Source: Parachlamydiales bacterium (GTDB lineage Bacteria > Chlamydiota > Chlamydiia > Chlamydiales > SM23-39). Taken from it: DNA of 64,000 nt. Of the stretch, positions 29,884-40,087 are shown in pieces. The notes below the pieces were generated by a model. The model was not told where the DNA came from. It ran no database searches and saw nothing but the letters and a program-made list of their open reading frames with translations. The translations under genes were made by a program, and so were the position numbers. The number at the start of each line of letters is the position of its first letter. Within the stretch, counting starts at the first letter, position 1. Where the stretch lies: the NCBI GenBank assembly GCA_050302075.1, contig JBNLAH010000002.1, positions 160,001-224,000 of the forward strand, read 5' to 3'.

Positions 29884-31197
29884 ATACTCGTTTCTTATTT
29901 TTTCAATAGCTTCGATTGTTTTCTTATCCTTCATTTGTTCGATTTTTTTTACAGAGCTCATAATAGTCGAGTGATCTTTTTTAAATATTGTTGCTATTTT
30001 TGTGAAGGGTAGTCGTAAATCTTTTCTCATTAGGTATATTGCTATTTGCCTTGGATATGCAAATTCCTTGCTTTGATTTTTTTCTAACAAATTTTGTTCA
30101 TGTAATTCAAAAAAGCTAGCAACTAAATAAACTATCCTTTGAGGGGTAACTGAATTTTTTTGAGTTTCATTTATAAGATCTTTTAAAAGAATTTCCATTT
30201 GTTTGGGCTCAGTCTTGCTAAGGTTGTCATTTACTCTCAAAATAAACACATCAAAAGCCTTTAATAGATCTTCTTGAGTTTTGAATGACTGCATGAGGAA
30301 TTGTCTTTGTTGATCGCTAAGTTTGATCTTTAAAAAATTTTGTCTAAGTTCTAGAGCTTTTTGAAGTTCTGTTTTATCAAGCTTGTCAAGCGAACAGGTA
30401 ATCCCCCATTCAAAGCGCGAAGTGAGCCTAGGCTCAATACCACTTAATAAATGAGGCGGGAAATTAGCGCTTAGTATGATCTGCTTTCCAGAAGTATGTA
30501 GAGCATTGAAAGTGTGAAAAAATTCCTCTTGAGTCGCAGCTCTGTTTGCAAGCAGATGGATATCCTCTAGGATCAAAACATCTGCTAATCTATACCTTTT
30601 TCTAAAAGTTGGCATATATCCACCTCTAATCGAAGCTACTACATGTCTTGTAAAAGTCTCAGCATTTACAAACATTACGTTTAAAGATAAATCCATAAAC
30701 TGTTTTGCAATAGCAGTAAGCAGGTGAGTCTTCCCAGTGTTTTTAGTGCCATAAATAAAAATGGGATTAAAAGTTGAATAGGCCATTGTTGGTTTTTTCT
30801 GAGTCATAGTTGAAAAACAAAAGCCAGTCAATTGAGAGAATAATTTCTGAGTAATTAGGTTTTTTTCGGAAAATAAGAAGTTTGAGAAGTGATAAAATGG
30901 ATCAATTTTATCAAAATTGAATGAGATTGGTTGAGAAACTTCGATTTCTTGTTGTTTTTTGGTTTTTTTTTCCTGATCAAAGTGAACTTTTATTTGTTTG
31001 AAGTTGGTATTTACAAAGGCGTTTAATCGTGGTTTAACATGTTCGTTGAACCACGATATTTGAAAACTATCTGCCGGTTTTAAATATAGATTTCGAGCGT
31101 CAAAGCTTGAAATTTTTAAGTTTCTCAGCCATTTATCAACAGAAGACTTCCCAAGCTCTTTTTCCAAGTAAGACAAAAAGGTGTCCCATTCCTTCAT
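29881..31197 (-). CDS. dnaA: chromosomal replication initiator (one of the chlamydial DnaA paralogues)
   Basis: FNPIFIYG...GKTHL, QEEFFHTFN, SRFEWG, PRQIAIYL, KDHSTI. Confidence 0.94.
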   Translation of the reverse strand: MKEWDTFLSYLEKELGKSSVDKWLRNLKISSFDARNLYLKPADSFQISWFNEHVKPRLNAFVNTNFKQIKVHFDQEKKTKKQQEIEVSQPISFNFDKIDPFYHFSNFLFSEKNLITQKLFSQLTGFCFSTMTQKKPTMAYSTFNPIFIYGTKNTGKTHLLTAIAKQFMDLSLNVMFVNAETFTRHVVASIRGGYMPTFRKRYRLADVLILEDIHLLANRAATQEEFFHTFNALHTSGKQIILSANFPPHLLSGIEPRLTSRFEWGITCSLDKLDKTELQKALELRQNFLKIKLSDQQRQFLMQSFKTQEDLLKAFDVFILRVNDNLSKTEPKQMEILLKDLINETQKNSVTPQRIVYLVASFFELHEQNLLEKNQSKEFAYPRQIAIYLMRKDLRLPFTKIATIFKKDHSTIMSSVKKIEQMKDKKTIEAIEKIRNEY

Positions 31198-31236
31198 AAA
31201 ACTCCTTTTATTAAGGATTTACTTTTTGACACACAA

Positions 31237-33147
31237 TTATTTTTTCTTGCCTTTTTTGGAATAGTAAGCGCTTACAGGAACTGCGGGTGTCTTTTTTATA
31301 TTTTTGGTAATATACCACTGTTGCAAAATTCCCAGAGCAGAAGAAGAAATCCAATAAATGTTTAAACCTGATGGAAACTTATAAAACACAAATGTAAGAA
31401 TGGCTGGTAATAACAAAGCCATTGTTTTTTGTTGTTTTTGCTGGTCAGTTAATTTACTTTTATCCTTAGGTAGCTTGCTTGTTATCTTTTGCTGTAAATA
31501 CATTGTTCCACCAAGAATAAAAGGTAATAAGTGGAACTGAGTCCCAAAAAAGAAGACTGGGTAGTTCCAACTAAATAAAACATCTGGTGCTGCCAAGTTA
31601 TCAATCCATCCAGGAATAAATGAAGCTCCTCTAAGTTCAAATGTAGATCTTAGAAGGTCAAACATACCAAACAAGAAAGGCATTTGAATAAACATTGGAA
31701 AGCAGCCCATAAGTGGGTTTACCTTCTTTTCTTGATAGAGTTTCATTATCTCAATTTGAGCTCTTTTTGGATCTCTTTTATATTTTTCTTGAATAGCCTT
31801 AGTCAAAGGCATTATTTCCTGGCTTCTTGCTGTAGTTTTAATTGACCATGAATTTAATGGATATAGCATTAACCTCAGAGCAGCTGTAAGGAGAATAATT
31901 GAAAATCCCCAAGATGAAGTAATTTTATAGAAAAAACTCATCAAGAAAAATAGCAACTTAGCAAACGGCTCAGAAATAAAAGAGAACCATCCTTGGAAAC
32001 TTTTGGCTCCAACATAGTTAGGGTTATATCCAGTGGTATTGTCAGAGTAGACATTGTCGGCTAAAACTAAATAATCCGTTTCATAAGGTCCAGCATAAAC
32101 CCTGAACTCTTTTGCTCCGGTAGAGGAACCAAGAGGGATAGAAAAATTATAACCAGGATAATCTTTTGCAGGATGTATATTATATTCAGAGTCGATTAGT
32201 GTTATTCTAGGTATAGCAGTAGTTCCTGGAACCTTTTCAATTTGATAACCTTGTCCAAGTTCATCTAAAGGATTTATAATTAATCCAAAAAACCCATTTG
32301 AATTAGATATCCAAGTAGGAGCGACATATCTCATAATAACAGATGTATCTGGAAGCTTTACGCTTTCAACTACTTTCTTTTTCCCTTTGTCTTTTTCAAG
32401 TTTCAAAGATGGATTAAACTTACCAGAAATTAGTTCAGCTTCTGGTATTCCAGAACTCAACCAAAGATCCTTTTTATCTCCATTGACTTGAATTTTAACA
32501 TCAAATACATATGGAGCTTTAGGATTTTTAGATAAGTAAAAAGTTTTAATAATTCTTCTTTGAGATTGTGTAAGCTCAAACTGGATCATTCCTTCATCAA
32601 ACCTTGTTACTTGATATTGGGCATTTTCAGTGTTTCCGTCATCGGATAAGATATTTAATGCGTAATATTTAGAGGGAATTGCCTTGTAAATGTCACCATT
32701 TGCTGAATAGATAGTTCTTCTAATCAGCGGATAATAACCGCCAAGTTGACCTCTGGCAATTCGTTGTTTTTGACCATCTTTAAAAATAAAGAAAGATCCA
32801 TTTGGGAAGTAATCATTCTCAGGATTATTTTCTTTTATGTCCGCTTCGGTTTCAGTGCTATTAACTGGGCTGTTTTTATTTTCAGAATTTCTAATTGCTA
32901 AGTTTACTTCTTTTAAAGATCCACCTTGAGTTGAAAATACAAGTTGCTGATAGTCATTTTGCAAGACATATAGCTCTCCGTTTTCTACAAAGTTTCTTGA
33001 TGATTGTTTGGGGGTGGTCGGTTCCGCCTTTGTATTAGTTTGGATCCATTCTTTTGTTTTTTCTTTTTGTTGTTTTGAAAAATACTGATTTATTCCAAAA
33101 AAAGAAAAAGTTACTAATACAATAAATAAGATAGATCGTTTGTCCAT
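31237..33147 (-). CDS. yidC: membrane protein insertase
   Basis: SWGFSIILLT, NPLMGCFPMFIQMP, WIDNLAAPD, PSGLNIYW. Confidence 0.96.
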   Translation of the reverse strand: MDKRSILFIVLVTFSFFGINQYFSKQQKEKTKEWIQTNTKAEPTTPKQSSRNFVENGELYVLQNDYQQLVFSTQGGSLKEVNLAIRNSENKNSPVNSTETEADIKENNPENDYFPNGSFFIFKDGQKQRIARGQLGGYYPLIRRTIYSANGDIYKAIPSKYYALNILSDDGNTENAQYQVTRFDEGMIQFELTQSQRRIIKTFYLSKNPKAPYVFDVKIQVNGDKKDLWLSSGIPEAELISGKFNPSLKLEKDKGKKKVVESVKLPDTSVIMRYVAPTWISNSNGFFGLIINPLDELGQGYQIEKVPGTTAIPRITLIDSEYNIHPAKDYPGYNFSIPLGSSTGAKEFRVYAGPYETDYLVLADNVYSDNTTGYNPNYVGAKSFQGWFSFISEPFAKLLFFLMSFFYKITSSWGFSIILLTAALRLMLYPLNSWSIKTTARSQEIMPLTKAIQEKYKRDPKRAQIEIMKLYQEKKVNPLMGCFPMFIQMPFLFGMFDLLRSTFELRGASFIPGWIDNLAAPDVLFSWNYPVFFFGTQFHLLPFILGGTMYLQQKITSKLPKDKSKLTDQQKQQKTMALLLPAILTFVFYKFPSGLNIYWISSSALGILQQWYITKNIKKTPAVPVSAYYSKKGKKK

Positions 33148-33202
33148 TGCAACCTGCTTTTTTTGGATTTGATTTTACCATAGAAAAGATAAACTGGAAA
33201 GT

Positions 33203-35257
33203 TTAAAGCTCTTCAGATGTCTTTTGACTTGCCTCAAGGTAAGAAATAAACTGAGTAAAAGATTCTTGTGATCTTAAGTTTTCAAGCCATTCATCTTCCA
33301 TTATTTCTTCAATAGGAGGAATTGCATCGTGCTTCTTAGCTCTTTCTAAAAAGTTTATAGCCTGCTCATATCTTTCAGTAAGAGAGCACAAACAAGCAAG
33401 CTGATAGTATGCGCACTGATTGCCTAACTGTCCGCTTTTCATAATTTTTTGTTCTGCTTCATAAAAATAAGTTTCTGGGTCATTTGATGCGTCAGCTAAA
33501 TGAGTAAGAGCGAGTCCCCACTCTAGCCAGACAGAGTCATTTTCTGGGTCTTGTTTTGCAGCTAGTAAAAAATAGTTGATAGACCTTTTAAATGTCTCTG
33601 TTTCGTCTGTAATCTCAGCAATCCTAGAAAAGCTGGTAGCCGTATGGAAATATATTTCAGGATAGTCAGGTTCAACTAAAAGTACGTGTAAATAAATTTC
33701 AACGGCCTTTGTAAAATGACCTTCCTCATCAGTTAGTTCTCCTAAAAGCTGTAGAGTTTTTCCAAAATAAAAGAGCCACTCTGGGTGTTGAAGGAGAACG
33801 CTTTTATGAGATTGAAGAATATTTTCCAGCAGTTCTTTAGCTTTGAAAGCAGCGTCTGTATCTGCTGAATATTCAGAATAGTTGAATAGGGCTTTTGCGT
33901 AATCGAAATTTAAAGAAGGACAAGCAGGCTTTAAATCGGTAGCTTTTGCTAGTATATCACATGATTTTTTAAATAGATCGACGTCTTCCAAACTTTTAGC
34001 CATCTCAAAATAAGCAGTTCCTAATAAATGCCAAAGCTCTGCACAAGATTTATCAACCGAAATGCCGTAGCGTATCTTTTCAATTGCAATTTCATAATAG
34101 TCGGGATCATTAAAATATTTTCCAAAAGCTATTAAACAAACACCATAAGCATGCCAGCTTTCCACTTCATCAGGAAATTGGTCTATAGCTTTAAGTATTT
34201 TGTTTTCAGACTCGGTTAGCAAATCTAGGCGATTAGATATCTGTCCCATTCGCGATAATGACTCTGACCACTGAGCAATGACATGAGGATTTTTAACATC
34301 AATATTGTAAGCTCTCACACATTTTTCAATTGAAAGCTGCAGCTTTTTCAAATCTTTGTTAATATATCCTGACTCTCCAAGCAGTTGAGCCCAATATAGC
34401 CATAGGTCGATATCTTCTTTATTCCTAATCAGCGATTGTTGAAAACATTCATTTGCATGCTTGTAGTAATGCTCATCCATAGTGTTAATATAAAGCTGAG
34501 TATAGGTTTGAGCTAAAAGTGCCCATCCGTCAAAAGAATCAGGGTACTGCTTAATATACTTCCTAAAATTTTTAATTGCCTGGAAGTACATTTTTGGTTC
34601 ATTTATTAAAAGTCCCATTTGCAAATAAGTATATCCAAAGTCTTTCCAGAAGACTGCATCAGGTGGGATTCTTTGAAATGATACGGATGTATGAAAAGCT
34701 TGAATTGCCATTCGTAGATCAATAGCTTCTCCAGAAAGCTCTGATATTGATGTCCAAAGTAGCCCTATGTCCCAATAAAGATTAATTTTTTCTTGAAAAG
34801 ATGTTGATTCAGATAATTCAACAGCTTGTTGAAATTTTTCCCTAGATTCATTTAAAAATTGCATTTCATTGTGAAATTTCCCAAGTTCACATAGCGTTTT
34901 TCCTAGAAACTGCCAGCACTTAAATAATTTTGGATTGATAGTCAGCGCTTTGCTAAAATTTTTACTTGCTAGTTGCAGTGCTTTTTCTTGTTTCTCAACG
35001 AGTGCATATTTATAAAAGGCCATGCCTTGTCTAAACCAGGATTGGCTATTTTCAGGCTCAAGCAAAGATGCCGACTCAAAAAATTCCAAAGCTTTCAAAT
35101 TTCCATCTGAAAGATAAGCTTCACCTTTTTGTAAATAATTATTAGCTAAAGTCTTTTTTTCAAAATTTTTAAGCTTTTCCCACTTTGAGCTGGTTTCTTG
35201 AGCTTTTTGCGGGAAAATTCTATTAAAAAAACGTTGTAAAAGACGTGCTTTATCCAT
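33203..35257 (-). CDS. tetratricopeptide-repeat protein
   Basis: Recurrent W/Y-x-x-x-G helical repeats; C-terminal AYYQLACLCSL. Confidence 0.85.
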   Translation of the reverse strand: MDKARLLQRFFNRIFPQKAQETSSKWEKLKNFEKKTLANNYLQKGEAYLSDGNLKALEFFESASLLEPENSQSWFRQGMAFYKYALVEKQEKALQLASKNFSKALTINPKLFKCWQFLGKTLCELGKFHNEMQFLNESREKFQQAVELSESTSFQEKINLYWDIGLLWTSISELSGEAIDLRMAIQAFHTSVSFQRIPPDAVFWKDFGYTYLQMGLLINEPKMYFQAIKNFRKYIKQYPDSFDGWALLAQTYTQLYINTMDEHYYKHANECFQQSLIRNKEDIDLWLYWAQLLGESGYINKDLKKLQLSIEKCVRAYNIDVKNPHVIAQWSESLSRMGQISNRLDLLTESENKILKAIDQFPDEVESWHAYGVCLIAFGKYFNDPDYYEIAIEKIRYGISVDKSCAELWHLLGTAYFEMAKSLEDVDLFKKSCDILAKATDLKPACPSLNFDYAKALFNYSEYSADTDAAFKAKELLENILQSHKSVLLQHPEWLFYFGKTLQLLGELTDEEGHFTKAVEIYLHVLLVEPDYPEIYFHTATSFSRIAEITDETETFKRSINYFLLAAKQDPENDSVWLEWGLALTHLADASNDPETYFYEAEQKIMKSGQLGNQCAYYQLACLCSLTERYEQAINFLERAKKHDAIPPIEEIMEDEWLENLRSQESFTQFISYLEASQKTSEEL

Positions 35258-35345
35258 ATTAACTCTTATTGAAAAAGACCCTAATTATATGTAAGTATCA
35301 GCATTTCTTCCATAGGAAATTTATCTTCTTACAAAAGACCAATTT

Positions 35346-36695
35346 TTAAATAATTTTTTTTAATTTTACAAATAAATTTTTCTTAGTTTCTAGATGTTTT
35401 TTTAAGTTCCTTCTGGAGCATTTTAAATCATTAAAAGATTGCAAAGGAATTTTAAAAAACTCTATTGGGACTTTGTATTTTGGAAGGCTCAAACTTAGAT
35501 ATTTTCTTATTTCATCTATGTCGTAGTTTTTCCCAAAAATAAACGCAACTGGCACATGTCCGTAAGTTACATTTTCGACCCCTACAACATAAGCTACATC
35601 AATTCCATTGCATTTCATGATATACCTTTCAATTTCTTCCGGATAAATATTTTCTCCACCTGAGATGAACATCTCATTTGATCTTGCAAAAAAGGCATAT
35701 CCATAGTCTTTATGGTACTTTAAAATGTCTTGTGTCTTAAAACAAACCAGCTTGCCTTTTTCTTTGTAGTAGTTATAAAAAACTGAAGATCCACTTACAG
35801 AGAGCTCCATTTTTTTATTTAAATGGATGTCACAGTGATTATCTTGATATCCCAGATGAAAAACTCCATTTATTAACTTTGGGTCTTTGGAAATAAAGAT
35901 CTGAGATGCAGTCTCTGTCATACCATAAGACATTGCTATTGGTAAATTAAGTTTTTTGGCTCTATTGAAACTGAATTCACTTAAGGGCGCACCTCCCATT
36001 AAGATGCATTTGAACTTATTTTTGTATAAACTGGCTTGATCTAAGACTCTGTTAAGCTGAGTTGGGACTAGTGAGATAAAATTACCATTTAGTTTAAAGA
36101 AATCTTTGTCCTTCGCTATATTTACTGTCGCTCCAGCTACGAACGCTCGAAATAAAATAGAAAGTCCAGCTACATGAAATAAGGGAAGGGATAGTATCCA
36201 TGTATCAGATTGAGAGAACCCTAACTTTTGATTGGCAACTAAGGCATTTGCTATGAAGTTTTGATAGCTAAGGCAGGCAATTTTTGGCTTACTAGTTGTT
36301 CCTGATGTTGGAATGTATAAATTAGGTTCATTGGTTATTTGAGCTCTAGGGGATTGGATTAGTTTATTTTTTTCTGTTAACTTAACCAAGTCATCAAGTG
36401 AACTAATTGAAAGGTCAGATTTAAAAAAATGCTCTATGTTTTTTCTATAATTCAGGGGATTTCTATGGTTTAAGAGACATATTTTGATGTTTTCTCTAAG
36501 GGCTGCAAAAATTAAAACAACAGATTCTATAAGTGGGAGTGGAACAAAAGATATTCGTTTATATTCTTGTATTGTTAATTGAGTACTCTTTATCCAATAG
36601 TCAAGTTCAAGATAAGTTACATAGCTATTCTCAAAAACTATTGCTACTTTATTTGGGTGTTTGATTTTTCCTTCAAAGATTACACACGATGACAT
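35346..36695 (-). CDS. menE: o-succinylbenzoate-CoA ligase
   Basis: TSGTTSKPK, LPLFHVAG, SYGMTETASQ, SGGENIYPEEIE; men operon context. Confidence 0.92.
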   Translation of the reverse strand: MSSCVIFEGKIKHPNKVAIVFENSYVTYLELDYWIKSTQLTIQEYKRISFVPLPLIESVVLIFAALRENIKICLLNHRNPLNYRKNIEHFFKSDLSISSLDDLVKLTEKNKLIQSPRAQITNEPNLYIPTSGTTSKPKIACLSYQNFIANALVANQKLGFSQSDTWILSLPLFHVAGLSILFRAFVAGATVNIAKDKDFFKLNGNFISLVPTQLNRVLDQASLYKNKFKCILMGGAPLSEFSFNRAKKLNLPIAMSYGMTETASQIFISKDPKLINGVFHLGYQDNHCDIHLNKKMELSVSGSSVFYNYYKEKGKLVCFKTQDILKYHKDYGYAFFARSNEMFISGGENIYPEEIERYIMKCNGIDVAYVVGVENVTYGHVPVAFIFGKNYDIDEIRKYLSLSLPKYKVPIEFFKIPLQSFNDLKCSRRNLKKHLETKKNLFVKLKKII

Positions 36696-37636
36696 AGTTT
36701 TAATACTTTTTTGTTTAAATCATTGGGCAAAAATAATTTCATCTCAGTTTCAAACTGAAGGGGTTTTCTTAAGACATCATATTTTAAAAATTTATAAGTA
36801 TCTACTCCCGGAGGGGATTTTGAATACATTTTAGCAAGTCTTGCTATGTTCAAAAGGCCTACCCCAGTTTCAAAGGAGCTGCTAAAAACTAAAGGAATAT
36901 CGCACTTTAGATATTTTAAAAAGTTAGTAAGCATTGGTTTTATAACCAAGGCTTTTATGTTTTTGTATTTTGGAAACTCCTTTAAGTCCCAGCTTTTAAG
37001 AGATTCGTCTAATGCAATTTTATGGTTAGTTTCTTTTAATATTTTTTTTGTTTCAGCAATGGATTTACAAGGTTCCTCAATATATTCAAAATCATCAGGG
37101 ATGAATTTATTTAGAAAGTAAATTGCCTCAGAATATGACCAACTTTGATTTATATCCAGACGCAGCTTAAGTTTAGGGAAATTACGTTTTAATTGTTTTA
37201 TTAGCGAAACTGATTCATCAACTGATAGCATTGAAAGCTTAACTTTGTAAATATTCAAAGTGGGAACAAATTTATTTTGATCTAACTTATGATATATAAG
37301 GCCTGAATAAGGGATACTAAATGATTTATAATAAAAATTGCTAATCGAAAATACTCCAAATAAGACACTAGGATAAAGCTTGTCAATCTTGAGTTTTTCA
37401 TTTTTTTTTAGTAGCTCACAAACATTGATAAGTTGATGGTAAGCATCATTTAAACTTTCTTGACTAATACTGAAAAGCGGCGCTACTTCTGCATAACTGC
37501 AGTACTTATTTTGATAACTTATTTTAAGAATAAAGCCTTCACGTTTTATCAATTTATTTGAGAAAACAAGTAAAGGCTTAACAAATGGAATTGAATATTT
37601 AAATATTTCAATAGAGTCTATTTTATTTACTTTCAT
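36680..37636 (-). CDS. menC: o-succinylbenzoate synthase
   Basis: KVK, LRLDINQSW, EEP, ALDESL, SSSFETGVG. Confidence 0.9.
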   Translation of the reverse strand: MKVNKIDSIEIFKYSIPFVKPLLVFSNKLIKREGFILKISYQNKYCSYAEVAPLFSISQESLNDAYHQLINVCELLKKNEKLKIDKLYPSVLFGVFSISNFYYKSFSIPYSGLIYHKLDQNKFVPTLNIYKVKLSMLSVDESVSLIKQLKRNFPKLKLRLDINQSWSYSEAIYFLNKFIPDDFEYIEEPCKSIAETKKILKETNHKIALDESLKSWDLKEFPKYKNIKALVIKPMLTNFLKYLKCDIPLVFSSSFETGVGLLNIARLAKMYSKSPPGVDTYKFLKYDVLRKPLQFETEMKLFLPNDLNKKVLKLCHRV

Positions 37637-38529
37637 CCTTCATAGGTTAAGATACTTAGAGAAAAAATTAATGAATAGATCGTCATTATATGCGCTGTTT
37701 TTGGCAGAGCTTCTGCAATCTGCTTATTATCTTTTGAAAATAAACTGTTAATTGGCTCAAACATAAGAAAGATCAACCCAATATTTGCAAATGCAATTGG
37801 GCTTGTGTATTCATAATAATACAAGATTAATGGAGGGAAAAGCGCAGCGACAACACAGAAAATATATTCAGCAATCGCAAACTTTTTCCCGAAGCGGACA
37901 GCCAATGTGTTTTTTTTTGCTTTTTTATCTTCTTCGATGTCTCGAATATTATTAGCACTAAGTATAGCACAGGAAAATAATCCAGGTCCTATTCCAGCTA
38001 AAAAGGCTGTAAAACTCAATTCATGTGTATATAAAAAATTACATCCTAAGACTGCTATTGGTCCAAAAAAAATTAATACGAAAATATCTCCAAGTCCTTT
38101 ATATGCGAGAGGAAATGGCCCTGCAGTATACCCAATTCCAAATATAATAGCCAAAAGCGCCAAAATGAAAAAGACATATCCTCCAACTATCGTCATTAAT
38201 ACACCAAGGATTGAACATGCTAAAAAAACAGAAAAAATAGCTATTTTCATTGTTTTTTTGCTTACTAACCCCATTTGGGTGACCCTTATAGGGCCTATTC
38301 GCTGTTTAGTATCAGATCCTTTTAAAAAATCAAAATAGTCATTTGCGAAATTTGTTCCGATCTGGATTAACATGGCAAAACTTAATGTAAGGAAGAATAT
38401 TTTAGAAGAGAACATTCCTTGTCTTAATGTTAATGAACTTCCTACTAAAACAGGGCTTATTGAGGCTATTAAGGTTCGAGGCCTTATTGCTAACCACCAA
38501 ATATTAAAAGTACTTATATTAGAATTCAT
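37633..38529 (-). CDS. menA: DHNA polyprenyltransferase
   Basis: RPRTL, NFANDYFD, NNIRDIEED. Confidence 0.95.
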   Translation of the reverse strand: MNSNISTFNIWWLAIRPRTLIASISPVLVGSSLTLRQGMFSSKIFFLTLSFAMLIQIGTNFANDYFDFLKGSDTKQRIGPIRVTQMGLVSKKTMKIAIFSVFLACSILGVLMTIVGGYVFFILALLAIIFGIGYTAGPFPLAYKGLGDIFVLIFFGPIAVLGCNFLYTHELSFTAFLAGIGPGLFSCAILSANNIRDIEEDKKAKKNTLAVRFGKKFAIAEYIFCVVAALFPPLILYYYEYTSPIAFANIGLIFLMFEPINSLFSKDNKQIAEALPKTAHIMTIYSLIFSLSILTYEG

Positions 38530-38532
38530 TTT

Positions 38533-39354
38533 TTAGCCTCTTCTGGGATATTGTTCAAAATCTGGCTTCCTTTTCTCTAAAAAAGCATTTCTACCTTCTT
38601 GTCCTTCTTGAGTCATGTAAAAAAGCATAGTGGCATTGCCTGCTAACTCTTGGATACCCGCCTGCCCATCACAGTCAGCATTAAATGCGGCCTTTAAACA
38701 TCTAATTGCGAGAGGGGAATGGTTGAGTATTTCTTTACACCATTTGATTGTTTCTTTTTCTAAGTCCTCTAATGGAACTATAGCATTTACAAGCCCCATT
38801 TCGTAGGCTTGCTGAGCATTATATTTTCGACATAAAAACCAGATTTCTCTAGCTTTTTTCTGACCTACAATACGACTCAGGTAACTAGCTCCATAGCCTC
38901 CATCAAAAGATCCAACCTTTGGCCCTGTCTGTCCAAAAATAGCATTGTCTGCTGCAATAGTTAAATCACACATTACATGTAAGACGTGGCCACCTCCAAT
39001 TGCATAACCTGCGACCATAGCAATAAGTGGCTTGGGGCATGATCTTATTTGTTTTTGAAAATCTAAGACATTTAATTTGTGTTCACCATTCTCATCTCTA
39101 TAACCGGAATCTCCTCGAATTTTTTGATCCCCTCCAGAGCAAAAAGCTAAGCTCCCTTCACCAGTTAAAATGATAACTCCAATCGAAGTGTCCATTCTAG
39201 CATCATTTAAAGCATGCGACATTTCCTCTACTGTTAGAGGGCGAAAAGCATTTCTGAGCTCCGGGCGATTTATTGTAATTTTTGCAATCCCACCCATTTT
39301 ATGAAATTTAATATCTTTATACTCTCCAATCTGATTCCAACTAGCTTTGTCCAT
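38533..39354 (-). CDS. menB: DHNA-CoA (naphthoate) synthase
   Basis: [28 protein letters not shown]. Confidence 0.98.
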   Translation of the reverse strand: MDKASWNQIGEYKDIKFHKMGGIAKITINRPELRNAFRPLTVEEMSHALNDARMDTSIGVIILTGEGSLAFCSGGDQKIRGDSGYRDENGEHKLNVLDFQKQIRSCPKPLIAMVAGYAIGGGHVLHVMCDLTIAADNAIFGQTGPKVGSFDGGYGASYLSRIVGQKKAREIWFLCRKYNAQQAYEMGLVNAIVPLEDLEKETIKWCKEILNHSPLAIRCLKAAFNADCDGQAGIQELAGNATMLFYMTQEGQEGRNAFLEKRKPDFEQYPRRG

Positions 39355-40087
39355 GTAATATCTCCTTTATTTTTTTTATCAGTCCTTTTGGGTTTTCCAA
39401 ATGTACTGGATGAGATGCGTTTGTTATCACTTGGTAGGGGCACCTTATTTTTTGATAATACTCTAAATATTTATAGTCCTTGTTTCCCGCTAAAAAAAAT
39501 GTTTTCGGATCGGGATGTAACATATTCTGGTTTAATATGCTAAAGGTTTTAAATGCTTTTTTTATAAATTCTTTATTATTATTTTTCCGATAATTTAAAA
39601 TATCTGAATATATTTTGAATTGCCTAAATGAATCAAATATTTTCTGCGAATACCAAAAAATTAAAAATTCTTCGATTGTTTTATTACTTAGGTTATATAG
39701 GATTTCCTCATTCCAAATTTTCCTACGCTCGATTTCTTCTTTATTATTTAAACCCAAGTGAGATCCTATGCAGATACAAATTTGTTGTTTTAAGTAATGT
39801 TCGTGAATGTAATGGGCTATTCTGCCACCCATTGAATAACCGATAAGAGTTGCATTTTTCAATTTGTTAGTTTTTAGGAATTTTGTGAAATTTTTGGCAA
39901 AAGTTTCAAAAGAGGCATTGTTTTCAATCTTACTTTTGCCATGCCCAGGCAAGTCTAGAGTTATGCAAAAAAAATCACTTGCCAGCGGCTTGACAACATT
40001 CTCCCAGTCATACTTATTTCCCAGAAAGCCATGAAAGAAAATTAAGGGGAAGTTTTTAGAGCTTCCATATTCTTTGTAGGAAAACAT
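39341..40087 (-). CDS. menH: SHCHC synthase (alpha/beta hydrolase)
   Basis: HGFLG, DLPGHG, GYSMGG, SHPVHLE; between menD and menB. Confidence 0.88.
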   Translation of the reverse strand: MFSYKEYGSSKNFPLIFFHGFLGNKYDWENVVKPLASDFFCITLDLPGHGKSKIENNASFETFAKNFTKFLKTNKLKNATLIGYSMGGRIAHYIHEHYLKQQICICIGSHLGLNNKEEIERRKIWNEEILYNLSNKTIEEFLIFWYSQKIFDSFRQFKIYSDILNYRKNNNKEFIKKAFKTFSILNQNMLHPDPKTFFLAGNKDYKYLEYYQKIRCPYQVITNASHPVHLENPKGLIKKIKEILHGQS

